This document shows, one piece after another, positions 12,670 through 24,629 of a DNA stretch of 64,000 nt. Source of the DNA: Callorhinchus milii (Eukaryota). The DNA lies in contig NW_024704743.1 in the NCBI RefSeq assembly GCF_018977255.1, forward strand, positions 39,868,001 to 39,932,000. The letters run 5' to 3'. The notes below the pieces were generated by a model that searched no databases, was not told where the DNA came from, and saw only the letters and a program-made list of their open reading frames with translations. Position 1 is the stretch's first letter; every line of letters begins with the position of its first letter. The position numbers and the translations under genes are program-made.

Positions 12670-14593
12670 CTACCATCACATTTAATTACTTTCAGTAACA
12701 TTTACTTTGAAATGCAACTTGTAAAAAATCCATTTAGATTAACTGTTTAGTAAGCAGAATGGCATTTTGCCAAAATCAATCTTGTTCCACTGGTATGTAT
12801 CACTTTAATGAAATAATTATTCGTAACTCTTTGAGTACTAAAGTGATTTGATACTCTAGGCTAATACTCACCAGTGCAGTGCAGCTGCTCTCTTTCAGAT
12901 GAAATGTTAAACTGAGATTCCTACTGCATACATACTAAGGTGGATGTTAAAGATCCCGTGGCCCTTATGGAAAAGAGAGGCTGATTTTCTTGACATCCTG
13001 ATTAACAATCCCCCAGATAAATTGGTCACTCAATTCATGGTTGTTTGTTCAGCATTGTTATGTGCAAATTGGTTGCTATGTTGACCTTCAAATATATAGT
13101 CAATGCAATTATCTGTAAGGCACCTTGCAGTATTTTGATGTTATTGGTGCGATATTGGTGCAGATCTGGTGTGCACTTGCTAATGCATGGTTAAATAACA
13201 ATACATTTATAAGAACTCTCTGAGCTGTTTACCTGCTCTGCCTCTTGCTTTGAACTGGTTTATTGCTCCATAGACAGAACCAAAAAATAAAACAAATATA
13301 TAGAAAAAAACAAATAAATACATTATTTGATATTTATTTGACACGGTGAGCCAACTAGCCTTCTACCCTGCTGTAAATTTCTAAATTTTCATCTAGTTTT
13401 CTCCCTTATATTGAACACAAAATATACCAACAAGTCACTTTGCAGTGTATTCTGTGAAGCGTTTTGAGATGTCGAGAAGATGTGAGAAGGCACTATATCA
13501 AATGCAAGGATTATTATTATTATCTGCTACAGGGACTCTTGATGGGATAATTCCATAGCCTTCAACCAGACCTGCATTACTCACAACAAATCAATATTTC
13601 TCATGTGTAATCATGTGCACCACCAAACCCAAACATCACTTGATCCAGCAACCTCACAGGCACCATTTGCAAAAGGAAACTCATTGGAAACTCCAGCTCT
13701 TTCACTATCCTCACCAACCCAAGGGCATTGAGTCTGGCTGGCACATCTCTACCACAGTTGAACGTGTTTGCAAGCCATTTTTTTCTCTCGATATCCCACC
13801 GTTACTCGTTCATAACACTGTTAGGACTGCTACCAGTTAGGATAAGCAACAAGTTACAAGTTGCATAAGAATACATATATTTTATTCCAGAACATGAAAA
13901 GTGGCAACAAATAATGATATGATACTTTGAAATTTATTTGAAAATTGAACAACCACAGAAATAAGACTTCAATTTATCTTCCTACATTTCATCTCGACTG
14001 TATGCCCAAGAATTTATGCATGTGTGTGTGTGTGTGCGGCTAAGCCTCTATTATAACAAAAACAGGCATGGCACTTGAGGACATGTAATCATAAAAGTCT
14101 AATTCTCTGCTGAGAAAATTGGGCCTATGGCAATTGTAATAAGTGTAATTTATCTACAAGCCAGAATATTATCAAAGAGCTGTGATTTATGGAAGGATGT
14201 TAGGTTAATTTGGGGCAAATAATTACCAGGCCGATATTACTGGCTCCTGTACCTTTTTTTTAAAGTTGTTACTGGTGCATTCAAAGTGTGAGATCAATTA
14301 TGCTATCAGTAGAAAAGGAAAGAAATTTGCTGGAACAGTAAGATGAGAACATACAGATGAATAGCTGGGTTGGAATCAATTTGTAATCACGAATATTTAC
14401 TCAGAAAATTATATGTTGTTTTAACTTGGAGAGAATGTTCAGGTTTTGTTTTATATTTCAGCTTCAGCATTCATCAAATTTGCATATTTCCGGACTGAAG
14501 TTCCAATTCCAGTCTTGTTTAAGACTAGCCTTGCAAGATTACTTAGGAACATGGAAAGATGCTTTAAAGCATCCTGCTAAGAAATGTATGCAT

Positions 14594-15365
14594 ACAACAA
14601 CAACTACAGCAACACAATTACATTTGTATAGCGCCTTCCACGTTGGGAGGATGTCCCAAGGCACTGGACAGTCTGTGTTTCGGACCCGAGCTGGGGGTCG
14701 GGATTGGGGAGGGTGGAGGGAAGGGGGTGAAGCTGGGAGATCGAAAGCACGTTCGAAGAGGAGGGTCTTGAGATGGGTCTTGAAGGAAGCAAGGGAGGGG
14801 GTGAGGTGGAGGGACTGCAGAATGGAGTTCAAGAGGGTGGGGACAGAATGGCTGAAGGCCCACCTGCCAAAGGTGGGGCAGGCGAGGTGGGGGACATGAA
14901 GCAGGCCGGAGCCCGCTGAGTGGAGGGAGTGTGCAGGATAGTAGGGGATGAAGAGGTCACAGAGGTAGGGGGGAGCAAGGCCATGGAGGGCTTTGAATGT
15001 GAGGACCAGGATCTTGAACTGTATCCTCTGTGTGATGGAAAGCCAATGGAGTTGGGCGAGGATGGGGGTGATAGGGTCACGGAGCGTTTGCGGGAGAGGA
15101 CATGGGCTGCAGAGTTCTGGATGATCTGCAGCCTGTGGAGGGAGAAGTTTGGGAGGCTGACAGCAAGGAGTTTGCATAGTCAAACCTCAATGTAATAAAG
15201 GTGTGTATCAGGATTTCGGTGGCCTGCGGTGTGAGACGGTGTTGGAGCTGGGCAACGTTGCGGAGGTGGGGGAAGGCAGAGCGGGTCATGGCGCAGATGT
15301 GGTGCAGAAAGGATAGTTGATGGTCAAACAAGACACCAACGTTCCCGACTGACTTAGCAAGGTGG
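14594..15365 (-). mobile_element. L2 LINE 3' fragment
   Basis: PITPILAQLHWL...FKILVLTFKALHGLAPPYL...FKTHLKTLLF is the L2 ORF2 C-terminus; 3' tail cttgggacatcctcccaacgtggaaggcgctata. Confidence 0.93.
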
Positions 15366-15455
15366 ATACATACGTACTTACTATACACAATCAAGGTCCA
15401 GAGATTGACAAGGATCAGATGCATACATCCTTCAATAATAACCATCATTCTTATT

Positions 15456-15690
15456 TTCAAGACGCAAAATACTGCAGGTGCTGGAAATCTGAAACAAAAA
15501 CAGAAGTCACTGGGAACACTCAGCAGGTCAGGCAAAGGGGTCAGGGGAACACTCAGCAGGTCAGGCAAAGGGGCCGGGGAACACTCAGCAGGTTGTGATG
15601 AAGGGTTGTGACCCGAAACATTAACTCACTTTCCTTTCTCCATAGAAACTGCCTGACCTGCTGAGTGTTCCCAGCAACTTCAGTTTTTGT
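15456..15690. mobile_element. Penelope-like element terminal fragment with inverted arms, internal tandem repeat and degenerate hammerhead motif
   Basis: Arms caaaaacagaagtcactgggaacactcagcaggtcaggca and tgcctgacctgctgagtgttcccagcaacttcagtttttg; 12-bp direct repeat atcattcttatt at 15444-15455 and 15691-15702. Confidence 0.75.
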
Positions 15691-15986
15691 ATCATTCTTA
15701 TTCTGCTTTCCAAGATGTATCTGAATTGAAGTGATTTTATAATGTTTACCTTGTGGTTCTTCGTGAAACTTAATGTACATTATACATTGTTAGACTGCTT
15801 TACCTAAAGTAACAACAGAATAGCGTGTAAGATCTTATCCATTCTTTCATGCTCCATAGATACTTAAAGTAAAATGTTTTAATACATGTTAAGAAATTAC
15901 TTACAGTACAGTTACAACGTGTAGACTTTGGGTTTGGATTAAAAATATCTGAATTTCAGATTTTTAACAAAGTAAATTTGACTCAC

Positions 15987-16073
15987 CAGATTGAATATCT
16001 TGAAACTTCATGCAATTGAATGATAGAATGAAACACTTCAGACCATCAAGTCTTTGCAGTTCAGGCTCATGCA
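15987..16073 (-). pseudogene. Exon (87 nt, phase 1 to 1)
   Basis: Acceptor atattgttcag, consensus donor CTG|gtgagt. Only one open frame: HEPELQRLDGLKCFILSFNCMKFQDIQS. Confidence 0.6.
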
Positions 16074-17117
16074 CTGAACAATATGTAGATTACATTTAAT
16101 TTTAATGTAATTTATTGGGAAACTTGATTTATTTAAAAGTTTATTTATATTTGAATTAAGTGAATATTTTATTTTAAATGTAAATATACCCTGGCCGATA
16201 TTTCTTCATGAACCAAATTGTCCCCCCAAAACTCGGATGAATTAGCTACCCACTCAGTGTTTTTACAATTGCTGGAGCAGATTATCTGCTGCATTTGACT
16301 ACAAAACAGTATAGATTAACTGCACTTTAATGTGATTATTTTAAAGTGCTTTGTCAAATTTCAACATGAAGGTTCTAGATTAAACTCAAGTACGTTGTTA
16401 TAAATGTAAAGATTAATTATTATTAGAATTATTATTACGTACCTAGAATCTACAGCATTGAAACAGGCCATTCAGGCCAACTAGTCCATCCCAGTGTTTG
16501 TACTGTACATGATCCTCCAGCCATCTTAATCCCCTTTCTCGAGCCTACCTCCATGCCTCTATTATCAAGGCAGTGATTTAATTGCTGTTTCTCTGAACAC
16601 ATAGCCTTTCTTTTTGACAAACACATTTCACAAAGTCCCCTAGACTAAAAGTAGAAGAATATCTCCTATCAAGATTTTAGTTTGTAGCCTTAAATATAAT
16701 AAATAAATTAAGTTAAACAGTTTTCCTCAGTAATGTTGCATGTTTTATATATCATTCCATTCTGAATGCTTAAATATAGCAAAACAGTTTGAAGGATGGT
16801 TTCCAAATCAAGATTGAATTTAAGCATTTTCCAAATGTCTGCGAAACCTTAAATACAATGCAATACAATTAAATGTGGATACATTTTTTTTAGAGTAAGA
16901 CCTGAAAATTTCAGGTCTCGGATTCCTGTAATAAACTGAGCAGACAATATATTTTACTGTTGCTAGATTTTTTTTCACAGAGCAGCAGCAACATTTACAG
17001 CAATGCAACATATAATTTTAGGAATCTTAGGAAATCAAATACTTTGGAAAGAAATGTTGAGTGGATGAAGTTGAATTTCAATTGACAGCCATCACAAACG
17101 CAATGAAAGCTACATAC

Positions 17118-17265
17118 TGTCCTTCTGTTTCTACACCTTTTTGAGCATTCAGTATAAATTGGATACAGCTCAATTTGTCAGAATATCAGCAACCACTTTG
17201 ATCTCTCAGCATGTGAATGTTTTTTCACTTCTGTTGGAGGACTAACTTCTTTCATTCGATGATGT
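17118..17265 (-). pseudogene. Degenerate exon (148 nt) with apparent frameshift and stops
   Basis: Acceptor atttttaatag, donor ACA|gtatgt. Reads HHRMKEVSPPTEVKKHSHAE, then after a 1-nt shift EIKVVADILTN*AVSNLY*MLKKV*KQKD, ending in phase 1 as needed for 16073. Confidence 0.5.
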
Positions 17266-17830
17266 CTATTAAAAATATTTTTAAAGATTCTCTTCATAGT
17301 CCAAACATCATCAAACCAAAATAAGACTAAATGTATCAAACCTTTGTGCCAATCAAGCAAGCTAAATCTCTTTTTGCATTTTCAATTTCTTTCAATTGTG
17401 ACATGTATAATTGAGCTTTATTGCACATTGCTAAATCAATATTTACTGAAGTGTTTCAGAATAAAATTACATATCAGCACACAATCAGAAATGATATATT
17501 AATTACATCAATTACATTCAAATAATATGTTGTAAAAATGTAATAGCAAATGAACAAATATAGAGTCAAGTCACTTTACAGTCTCTTCTGTGAAGCGCTT
17601 TGAGATGTCGAGAAGATGTAAAAAGCGTTATATCAAATGCAAGGATTACTAATTAATAATTTTAAAAAATAAATAATTAACAATATCTTTTAGAGCTATC
17701 TTCCAAATGGCTAAGAAGCATTAAGTTTAGGGAAGTTAACCTTGCTTTTCCTAAGATGAGCTAGTAATCACCGGTCTGCATAGTCAGTTTCTATGAAAAT
17801 CTATTAAAGACCTCTTGACCCCTTGTGTAC

Positions 17831-18070
17831 CTGAAGCGGAAGACCCCACTTGCTAACAGAGGAAAAGTAACATAGGAGGAAGCTTTATTGTTGAGAAGCT
17901 GAGCTCTCCACACCCCATATCCCGCAAGTACATTATCTTTCTCCAGACCGTTCACCACAGAAATAGATTCCACTTCTTCCACTTCCAGTATTTCTTCGTA
18001 GGGAGACCAAGGGATAAAGGGAACATTGGAGATATATCCCACCCCAGATTCTTCCACATATGTGCGGTAC
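17831..18070 (-). pseudogene. Exon (240 nt, phase 2 to 2), open
   Basis: Acceptor ttttaaaatag, donor CAG|gtacac. Encodes YRTYVEESGVGYISNVPFIPWSPYEEILEVEEVESISVVNGLEKDNVLAGYGVWRAQLLNNKASSYVTFPLLASGVFRF(R); the other frames are closed. Confidence 0.7.
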
Positions 18071-18549
18071 CTATTTTAAAAGCAACGGTGGCAAAATCTT
18101 GCAAAGATTTACATAGACTGTACAGCACAGAAACAGACCATTTATCTCAACCAGTCCATGCCAGAGTTAATACTCCACATGAGACTCCACTCACTCCTTA
18201 CAAACTCCCACTCTTCTATTCCTCTCTCTCTCATGGTGCATATCTATTTTGCAGATTATTTACCAAATTATTGGGTAAAGATGATATAGTATGGGGGAGA
18301 TTCAAGAGAAAAGAGAATAATACTGTGGGAGAAGATTCATGTTTACTTATTTCAGGACAGAGAAAATATTAGAACAATAGAAAGAACATTTCACTGGGGA
18401 TTTAACAGATACAATTATCTTTTTCAATAAAGGCATCTCACAAGATCAATTATTGTGCAGTTCCTGGGACAGTTTATAATATATTTTCACTACTCTGTGG
18501 AGATGCCCCTTGAAATGACCCAATACACTGAGGTGTAAAATTCACAAAC

Positions 18550-18611
18550 CAGTTTCATTCCATTAATCCCAATGTTCCCAGTCTGTGACTTCTAACTAAG
18601 TACTACAAAGG
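18550..18611 (-). pseudogene. Exon (62 nt, phase 0 to 2) with two in-frame stops
   Basis: Strong acceptor tcttttggtctctcgtcttttgcag, donor CTG|gtttgt. Its length exactly bridges the phase-0 end of 24448 and the phase-2 start of 18070. Reads PL*YLVRSHRLGTLGLME*N(W). Confidence 0.55.
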
Positions 18612-19136
18612 CTGCAAAAGACGAGAGACCAAAAGACTGGTGGCATGAAAGTCATAATGTTCTGCATTACTTTTCTTCTTTCCTTTGGCCATCTCAAATA
18701 TGTTGAACATTCATGTTTACCAAAATATAAATTCTTATATATTAAACTGATGGAACCAGTCAATTGTCATATTGAGTCCAGAGCACTGAATTTCTCCCCT
18801 TTACAGTCTAGATATTCAATTACCATTGTTGGTGATGCCCACAGAAATACTGTAAAAACAAATTAGACTAAATTAATAATCCATGCATTTGGTATAGCGC
18901 CTTTCATATTGGAAGCACAGCTCAAATCGCTTCACAGGATTTATTTCAAATTGAGTGACTGTATTTCTAGGTAAATTCAGCAGTCCATTTGTGTACTGTG
19001 ATGTCTTATAAACAGTCATGAGATGATTGACCTTTTTGGGGGAGGGTGGCAGGAGGAAATCGTTAGCTAGGAAATCAGGAGAAACTCCCTTCACTGGAAA
19101 ATATGGTGTTATTAGATCAATTTGTCATGTTTCTCA

Positions 19137-19455
19137 ACAACAACAAAATTACATTTGTATAGTGTCTTTCACGTCGGGAGGACGTCCCAAGGCACTGGAC
19201 AGTCAAAGTTTCGGACCTCAGCTGGGGATTGGGATTGGGAATGGTGGAGTCCAGGGGGGAAAGCAGGGACATCGAAAGCGCGGTCGAAGTGGAGGGTCTT
19301 GAGATAGGTCTTGAAGTAGGCAAAGGGGGCGAGGCGGAGGCATTGCGGGATGCAGTTTCAGACAGTGAGTGCAGAGTGGCAGAAGGCCTGCCCACCATTA
19401 GTGGGTGAGCGAGGCAGAGGACGTGAAGTAGGCTGGAGCCCAATAAGTGGAGGGA
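19137..19455 (-). mobile_element. L2 LINE 3' end
   Basis: Tail ttgggacgtcctcccgacgtgaaagacactatacaaatgtaatttt(gtt)n. Confidence 0.9.
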
Positions 19456-20153
19456 TACTGTATACCTGTGGGCGAACGCGGCAGCCAATTGCGCACAGCA
19501 ATGTGCCACAAACAGTCGTGGATTGAAAATGACCAATTTATTGTTTTTGGTTTTGGAGGGATTATTATTAGGCTCTGTGTGGAGTAAGGAAACTTGCCCA
19601 AGGTTTCACCCTGCCTGGAATTGAACTCAGGTCTCTAGCTTGCAAAGCGAGTGCTCTAACCACTGCAGCTACAGGACTCAGATTATTGTGACCGTGGATC
19701 CAAATATCCTTCCTTCCTCTCTGAAGCACAACAATGATAAACTACAGTACATGGGAATGGTTTATAATTTGAACCCTTTCTACCTGCAGATTTATTACTT
19801 AATTTCAAGAATAAACAGACAACCCTGACTGATCTGTGGCATCTTCTAACTTGTGAAAGAGTTCTTGTAACTCAAAATGCCTAGTGCAATACCCTTTTTC
19901 TGCAAATAATCAATATACATTAGTGTGAACAAAGGCTTCCAAAAAGGATTTTCTGCTTCATCATAAATACGCTTTCTGCATATAAAATAATTTCAGCCAC
20001 AGTTGAACATCGGGCTTTTCAAGCACACTGCCTGAAATTTATAAGGCGCAGCAAGCATTTGCACTTGTTCAATGCTCATAATATTTTATTTAGATCCATA
20101 TGAGGAGAACCCACACAACAATTAAACAAAGCTAATATTGCCACTCAATCTCC

Positions 20154-20666
20154 TTAAATGACCTGGGGTCTATAGCAGGCATCTGGTTGCCAGGTACGAA
20201 GATCAACTAGGACCCGATTCAGCTTCTGCATCCAGAGGTTGCGTTCCTCTTTAGTGTCTGCAGACAACCAGTTTTTGGTGACACAAAGTGTGTTCTTGCA
20301 CTCGCTGACGAGCATCTCTCGATCATCCTCTCGTTGAGGTCTTACTGTGATCAGTTCAAAGGTGTTCGGTCGAGCACAGAATTCCCGGTTAGCCGGGTCT
20401 ATTTTTCTGCTGGTACAATTAGCCAGGTTTATTCTACCAAGTGGGCGCTTGCATTTTTCATCATCTGGATAGGTCCAGTATGAGATGCAGGCTCCTGATA
20501 GGACACACCAACATCTATGCCAAGCTCCAAAACCACTGACATCATGGAACATAGTCAGGAATCCATGTTCTTCCACAGAGGAACCAACCTGACACTGTAG
20601 CTTCACGTAAATGTGACCTTGAATAGGACACAAGAATGGAACCTTATCCAGTTGGAAATTTGTTCC
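20154..20666 (-). pseudogene. ANLN: Processed (intronless, 5'-truncated) anillin retrocopy: end of the anillin-homology region plus complete C-terminal PH domain
   Basis: Translation [58 protein letters not shown]...[39 protein letters not shown] matches the vertebrate anillin C-terminus (human [53 protein letters not shown]...WQPDACYKP). No introns over about 170 codons. In-frame TAA immediately upstream at 20667-20669 and no real start codon. Confidence 0.93.
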
Positions 20667-20921
20667 TTAGATAATTGGCATTGGTGCACAGTTTTCTGAT
20701 CCTGGCCAACAATCCTCCTTTTGGGACATTGTTGTGTGCAAATTGGCTAGCACAAATACAGTAATGACACTTGTTTTAATTTATGGTCTGTTCTAAAACA
20801 GATAACATGACAAGCTGTATATCATTTTTAAGATTAAGTGTTGGATTTGCAAAATATGTTGTTGCTGGAGATGTAAAATTCAAGAATGAATTTCTGCCTG
20901 TGTCAGCAGCCCCCACAGGAT

Positions 20922-21224
20922 AATAATAATCCTGGCATTTGATATAGCGCTTTTCACGTCGGGAGGAAGTCCCAAAGCACTTCACAGAACACACTGTAAA
21001 GTGAATTGACTGTATATTTGTGGGCGAACGCGGCAGCCAATTGCGCACAGCAATGTCCCACAAACAGTCATAGATTGAAAATGACCAATTTATTATTGTT
21101 TTTGTTTTGGAGGGATTATTATTAGGCTCTGTGTGGAGTAAGGAAACTTGCCCAAGGTTTCGCCTGGAATTGAACTCAGGTCTCTCACTTGCAAAACGAG
21201 TGCTCTAACCACTGAGCTACAGGA
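20922..21224 (-). mobile_element. Young short-variant SINE; also at 19458-19678 (no tail), 43952-44232, 57588-57820 and 28905-29030 (3' part)
   Basis: Near-identical to 31379-31692. Confidence 0.9.
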
Positions 21225-21264
21225 CGTTCCTTACAGTAAAATTTTCTGCCTTTTATTTGCTATA

Positions 21265-21490
21265 AGGAACTGATGGTGCAGTGGGTTGTGACATTATCAC
21301 CTCTGGGCTTTGGTTTAAATTCTGTCCAGATTGATGGGATCAGTCTCCTTTCTCTGTTTTTTATAAGGACACTAATTTATATTGGATTGGACAGTAACAA
21401 TTTAGTGTGTTGTAGACCAAGGTCAGCGCATAATGTAGCACTAAATTGGAACTAAATTGTCAGTCTCACTCAGAAGAAGGCTTGAAAATA
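21265..21490 (+). mobile_element. LF-SINE-like relic
   Basis: ttatcacctctgggctttggtttaaattctgtccag and tagcactaaattggaactaaattgtcagtctcactcagaagaaggc resemble the recalled LF-SINE segments ctttcacctctaggtcactggttcaaatccagcccag and ttggcactaattggcac...ttggcagtctcagcagagaggc. Confidence 0.6.
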
Positions 21491-21541
21491 GGTGCCAAAT
21501 GACTCTGCAGCCTTCTCTAATCATTTGGAGCAAATAATTTA

Positions 21542-21935
21542 AGTCCTGTAGCTTAGTGGTTAGAGCACTCGCCTCACAAGCGAGTGCTCTAACCAATTGG
21601 GTTCAAGTCCCAGGTAGGGTGAAACATTGGGCAAGTTTTCTTACTCCACACGCCTGCTTACCTAACAATAAGTAGGAACACGTTTGTTAGTTAATTGGAG
21701 CATCGCTTTTTCAGGGGTAATCATTCCTTAATTTTTAAGAAATAATACTACTAATAATTTGTTTATTCAATCCACGACTGTATGTGGGACACTGCTATGC
21801 ACAATTGGCTGCTGCGTTTCGGCCAGAAAATATACAGTCGATTCACTTTACAATTTATGCTGTGAAGTGCTTTGAGACATCTCGAAGACGTGATAAGGTG
21901 CTATATCAAATGCAAGGATTATTACTATTATTGTT
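21542..21935 (+). mobile_element. Full-length tRNA-derived SINE, long variant (tRNA head, CORE-like body, Deu-type 3' region, (ATT)n tail)
   Basis: A box tagcttagtggttagagc, B box ggttcaagtccc, CORE-like ttgggcaagttttcttactccacac, tail gtgctatatcaaatgcaaggattattac. Resembles elephant-shark SINE2-type repeats (from recall). Confidence 0.88.
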
Positions 21936-23235
21936 ATTTAAAAAGCATTGCAATTCACACTCACACTATACAGGCTGTGGGAAAAAATTGTCCTGCTCCC
22001 CCATTCCCCTTTCAAATCCCTTTTTTTTTCAAGATCATATTATGAACAAAATATTTTAGATTCACTGCAGAATGGGAGAATATTGTATTGGAAGGGCTGG
22101 TCAGTATGCTATGGAGTTCAGTATCTGCATTAAGGAACTGGTTATAATGGGATTCAGGGACAGATGCTTTGGTTCAATTTCCATGTTGAGATTTTGAACT
22201 CATCATCTAACCTAATATCATAATGTTTTTGGTGGGAACAGACGAATAGAACATCAAAATATTTTTACGTTCTTCTCATCTTAGACTATCCGGTGTCTTG
22301 GGACATCCTCTCAACATGAAAGTGGCTGTATATATGTAAATTTGTATTGTATTAAATGAGGACTACAATAGGCCAAAATTGTATGNTTTTTTGGCCTGAT
22401 TTAAAGCACATGGAACAGAAAGTATACACCGAGCTTCCTGCTCAACATCATTTATATTGCTTCCCAAGGATATACATGGATTAATATTTTAGTCCAGACT
22501 GACACAGATGACAAATGATAGGAAAAGAAATCGCTCCCACAAGTATCATTCTTCATCTTGATAGTCAGTGAACATTAGCCTGCTTCATGTCCCCATACTA
22601 TCCTCCTCTCATTGGTGAGCGAGCTTTTAGTCAGTCTGTCCCTACTCACTGGAACTTCATCCCAGAGTCCCTTCAGCTTCCCACCTCCCTCTCACTTTTG
22701 AAGCCTGCCTAAAAACGTACCTCTTTGACTGCAATTTCAGTTAATCACTTCCCTACTAAGCCTCTTCAGTTCTCTCTCTGCCAGCTCGGGTGCCTTGAGA
22801 CATTCTCCTGACTTGAAAGTTGCTATGTAAATGTATGTTGTATTGTATAACAGGACAATTGTGACAGTATAAAAATTAAGTACAAAATTATGTCCAATAG
22901 CACTGTTCATTTCAGTGAAATAGGTCCATCAGGAATCATTCATTTAAATTCTGGCAAACTCTTGCTTAGGAGTGAAAGGGTTCAAGTCATGATGATGGAT
23001 GATATGAGTAGTGAACAAGTGAAAATAGAACAGATAAAAAACTAAAACTAAAATTTAAGTAACTCCCAATCTAAGCAGCAGGTGTTTAGAGTACAGTCTC
23101 TGAACAATGTATCATCTACATGTTAGCTATCTGCACTCCAAGGTAATGATTGGATTCTTTAATCTCTTGATTATGTTGGATAAAGCAGCACAACAATAAT
23201 TATTATGATGCACACCACTTTACTCTTTGCGCTCC

Positions 23236-23274
23236 TCCCCCCCCCCCTCACACACACACACACACACACACACA
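23236..23274 (+). repeat. Poly-C plus (CA)n microsatellite
   Basis: Directly visible. Confidence 0.95.
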
Positions 23275-24447
23275 GAAGCAAACTGTTTTTTTAATGCCAT
23301 CAGTCTTATTCTACAAACTCACTGCAGGATCTAGAGAACATCAATTGTTGCTGGAGATAGTAGTCATTAAATGAATGGTGCAATTAAAATTACGCTCATT
23401 TATGGATTTCTATTGCAATTATAATCCGTTGTGCCACAGGAATGTTGTGCGGCCAAATTTAGAGATGGCTGATCAAAGGTGTTAATCCTGAAGTGTCAAT
23501 TTGTGGCTTAATTTATGACAGTGATATTGTTTTTTTTAAAAAAAAGCAGTTTAGTTAAGTAAGAATGCTTTATTCAGTCTGTAAAATGGTTCTTATCCTA
23601 TTTAAACTGACTTTGTGGGATGTATGTTGCATAATGTTTCAACAATTCAATATCAGTGGCATGATAATAATTTTCAGATTGAAAGAAGTTGGTCATTTAT
23701 ACAGTTTCCAGTCATTTACAGAGTGCAATCCAGAAAAAAAACAGACCATTGAGGTTCATCGCGATACAGTGGGATGTATTCTGAGAAGTTGCAGATTACT
23801 TGACAATGGATAATTGTCAAGCTACATTTGCTGACAAAATACAGTCACTATACTTTACAGTAAATTCTGTGAAATGCTTTGAGACATCCTCCTGACATGA
23901 AAGGGGCTGTATTAAATGCAGGGATTCTTATTTTGATTCTATTCACTTTTTTAATGGAAAATATGTAATTGGAGGCTAAGTCATTTAATTTGGCCAGGGC
24001 ACCAGGAGAATTCTGAACATAATGAATAGGAATTGGCTGAATGTGCCAAAGGGGAACCTCTGACGTGTTTGTGTTGCTAAGTTGCTTGAGCCAGCGCTGA
24101 CACAAAAGGTTGCATGGCTTCCTTCTGTGCTCTATCTACTCATCTACCTTTTTGACAGTGCCTATGGTCACCATCTCTCCCTTCTCCCCTCCCCTCTCCC
24201 TTGGCATCTGACCTGTCATTGTAGAGTGCTCCGAGACATTATCCCAAGTGAAGAGTGTTATATAAATACAAGTTATTGTATATTTAAATGCTTTTGTTTG
24301 TCATCTGGCTCATGGATCACAATGCTTATAACCAACAGTCAAAATATACAGATACTTGAAATCAGACCCAGCTTCAGCATGTTGACACTGAGAATTGTGT
24401 TGGGGAATGGAAGATTTACACCTCGGGCAGATCTTGTTAATTCTTAC

Positions 24448-24559
24448 TTCAAGAATATCGAAATCCGCATGTTGGATCTTTTGACCAAATTTCGAAATCG
24501 TCTGGCCTTTGGGATCCCTTTTTAGTTTCAGGAAATTTGTTGTGCGATTTGAATGCATC
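24448..24559 (-). pseudogene. Exon (112 nt, phase 2 to 0)
   Basis: Acceptor tttagttgcag, donor GAA|gtaaga. CpG-rich relative to its flanks. Encodes MHSNRTTNFLKLKRDPKGQTISKFGQKIQHADFDILE; the other two frames contain stops. Confidence 0.7.
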
Positions 24560-24629
24560 CTGCAACTAAAGTCAATAGTAAAACATAATTACAATTAACA
24601 CAGTAAGCTCTGGTTCAACTCTAAAAATT

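Noticed and set aside
15512..15593. Short direct repeats resembling a CRISPR array
   Set aside because: Eukaryotic context with no unique spacers; a tandem duplication inside a Penelope-type fragment.
17831..17900. Resemblance of LLNNKASSYVTFPLLASGVFRFR to CatSper delta/epsilon C-terminal motifs
   Set aside because: The following exons lack the expected DP.YS.C motif and transmembrane helix, so no gene symbol was assigned.
20154..20633. Functional ANLN gene or terminal exon
   Set aside because: Intronless, upstream in-frame stop, no other anillin exons seen in the window, and CpG-type changes at conserved residues.
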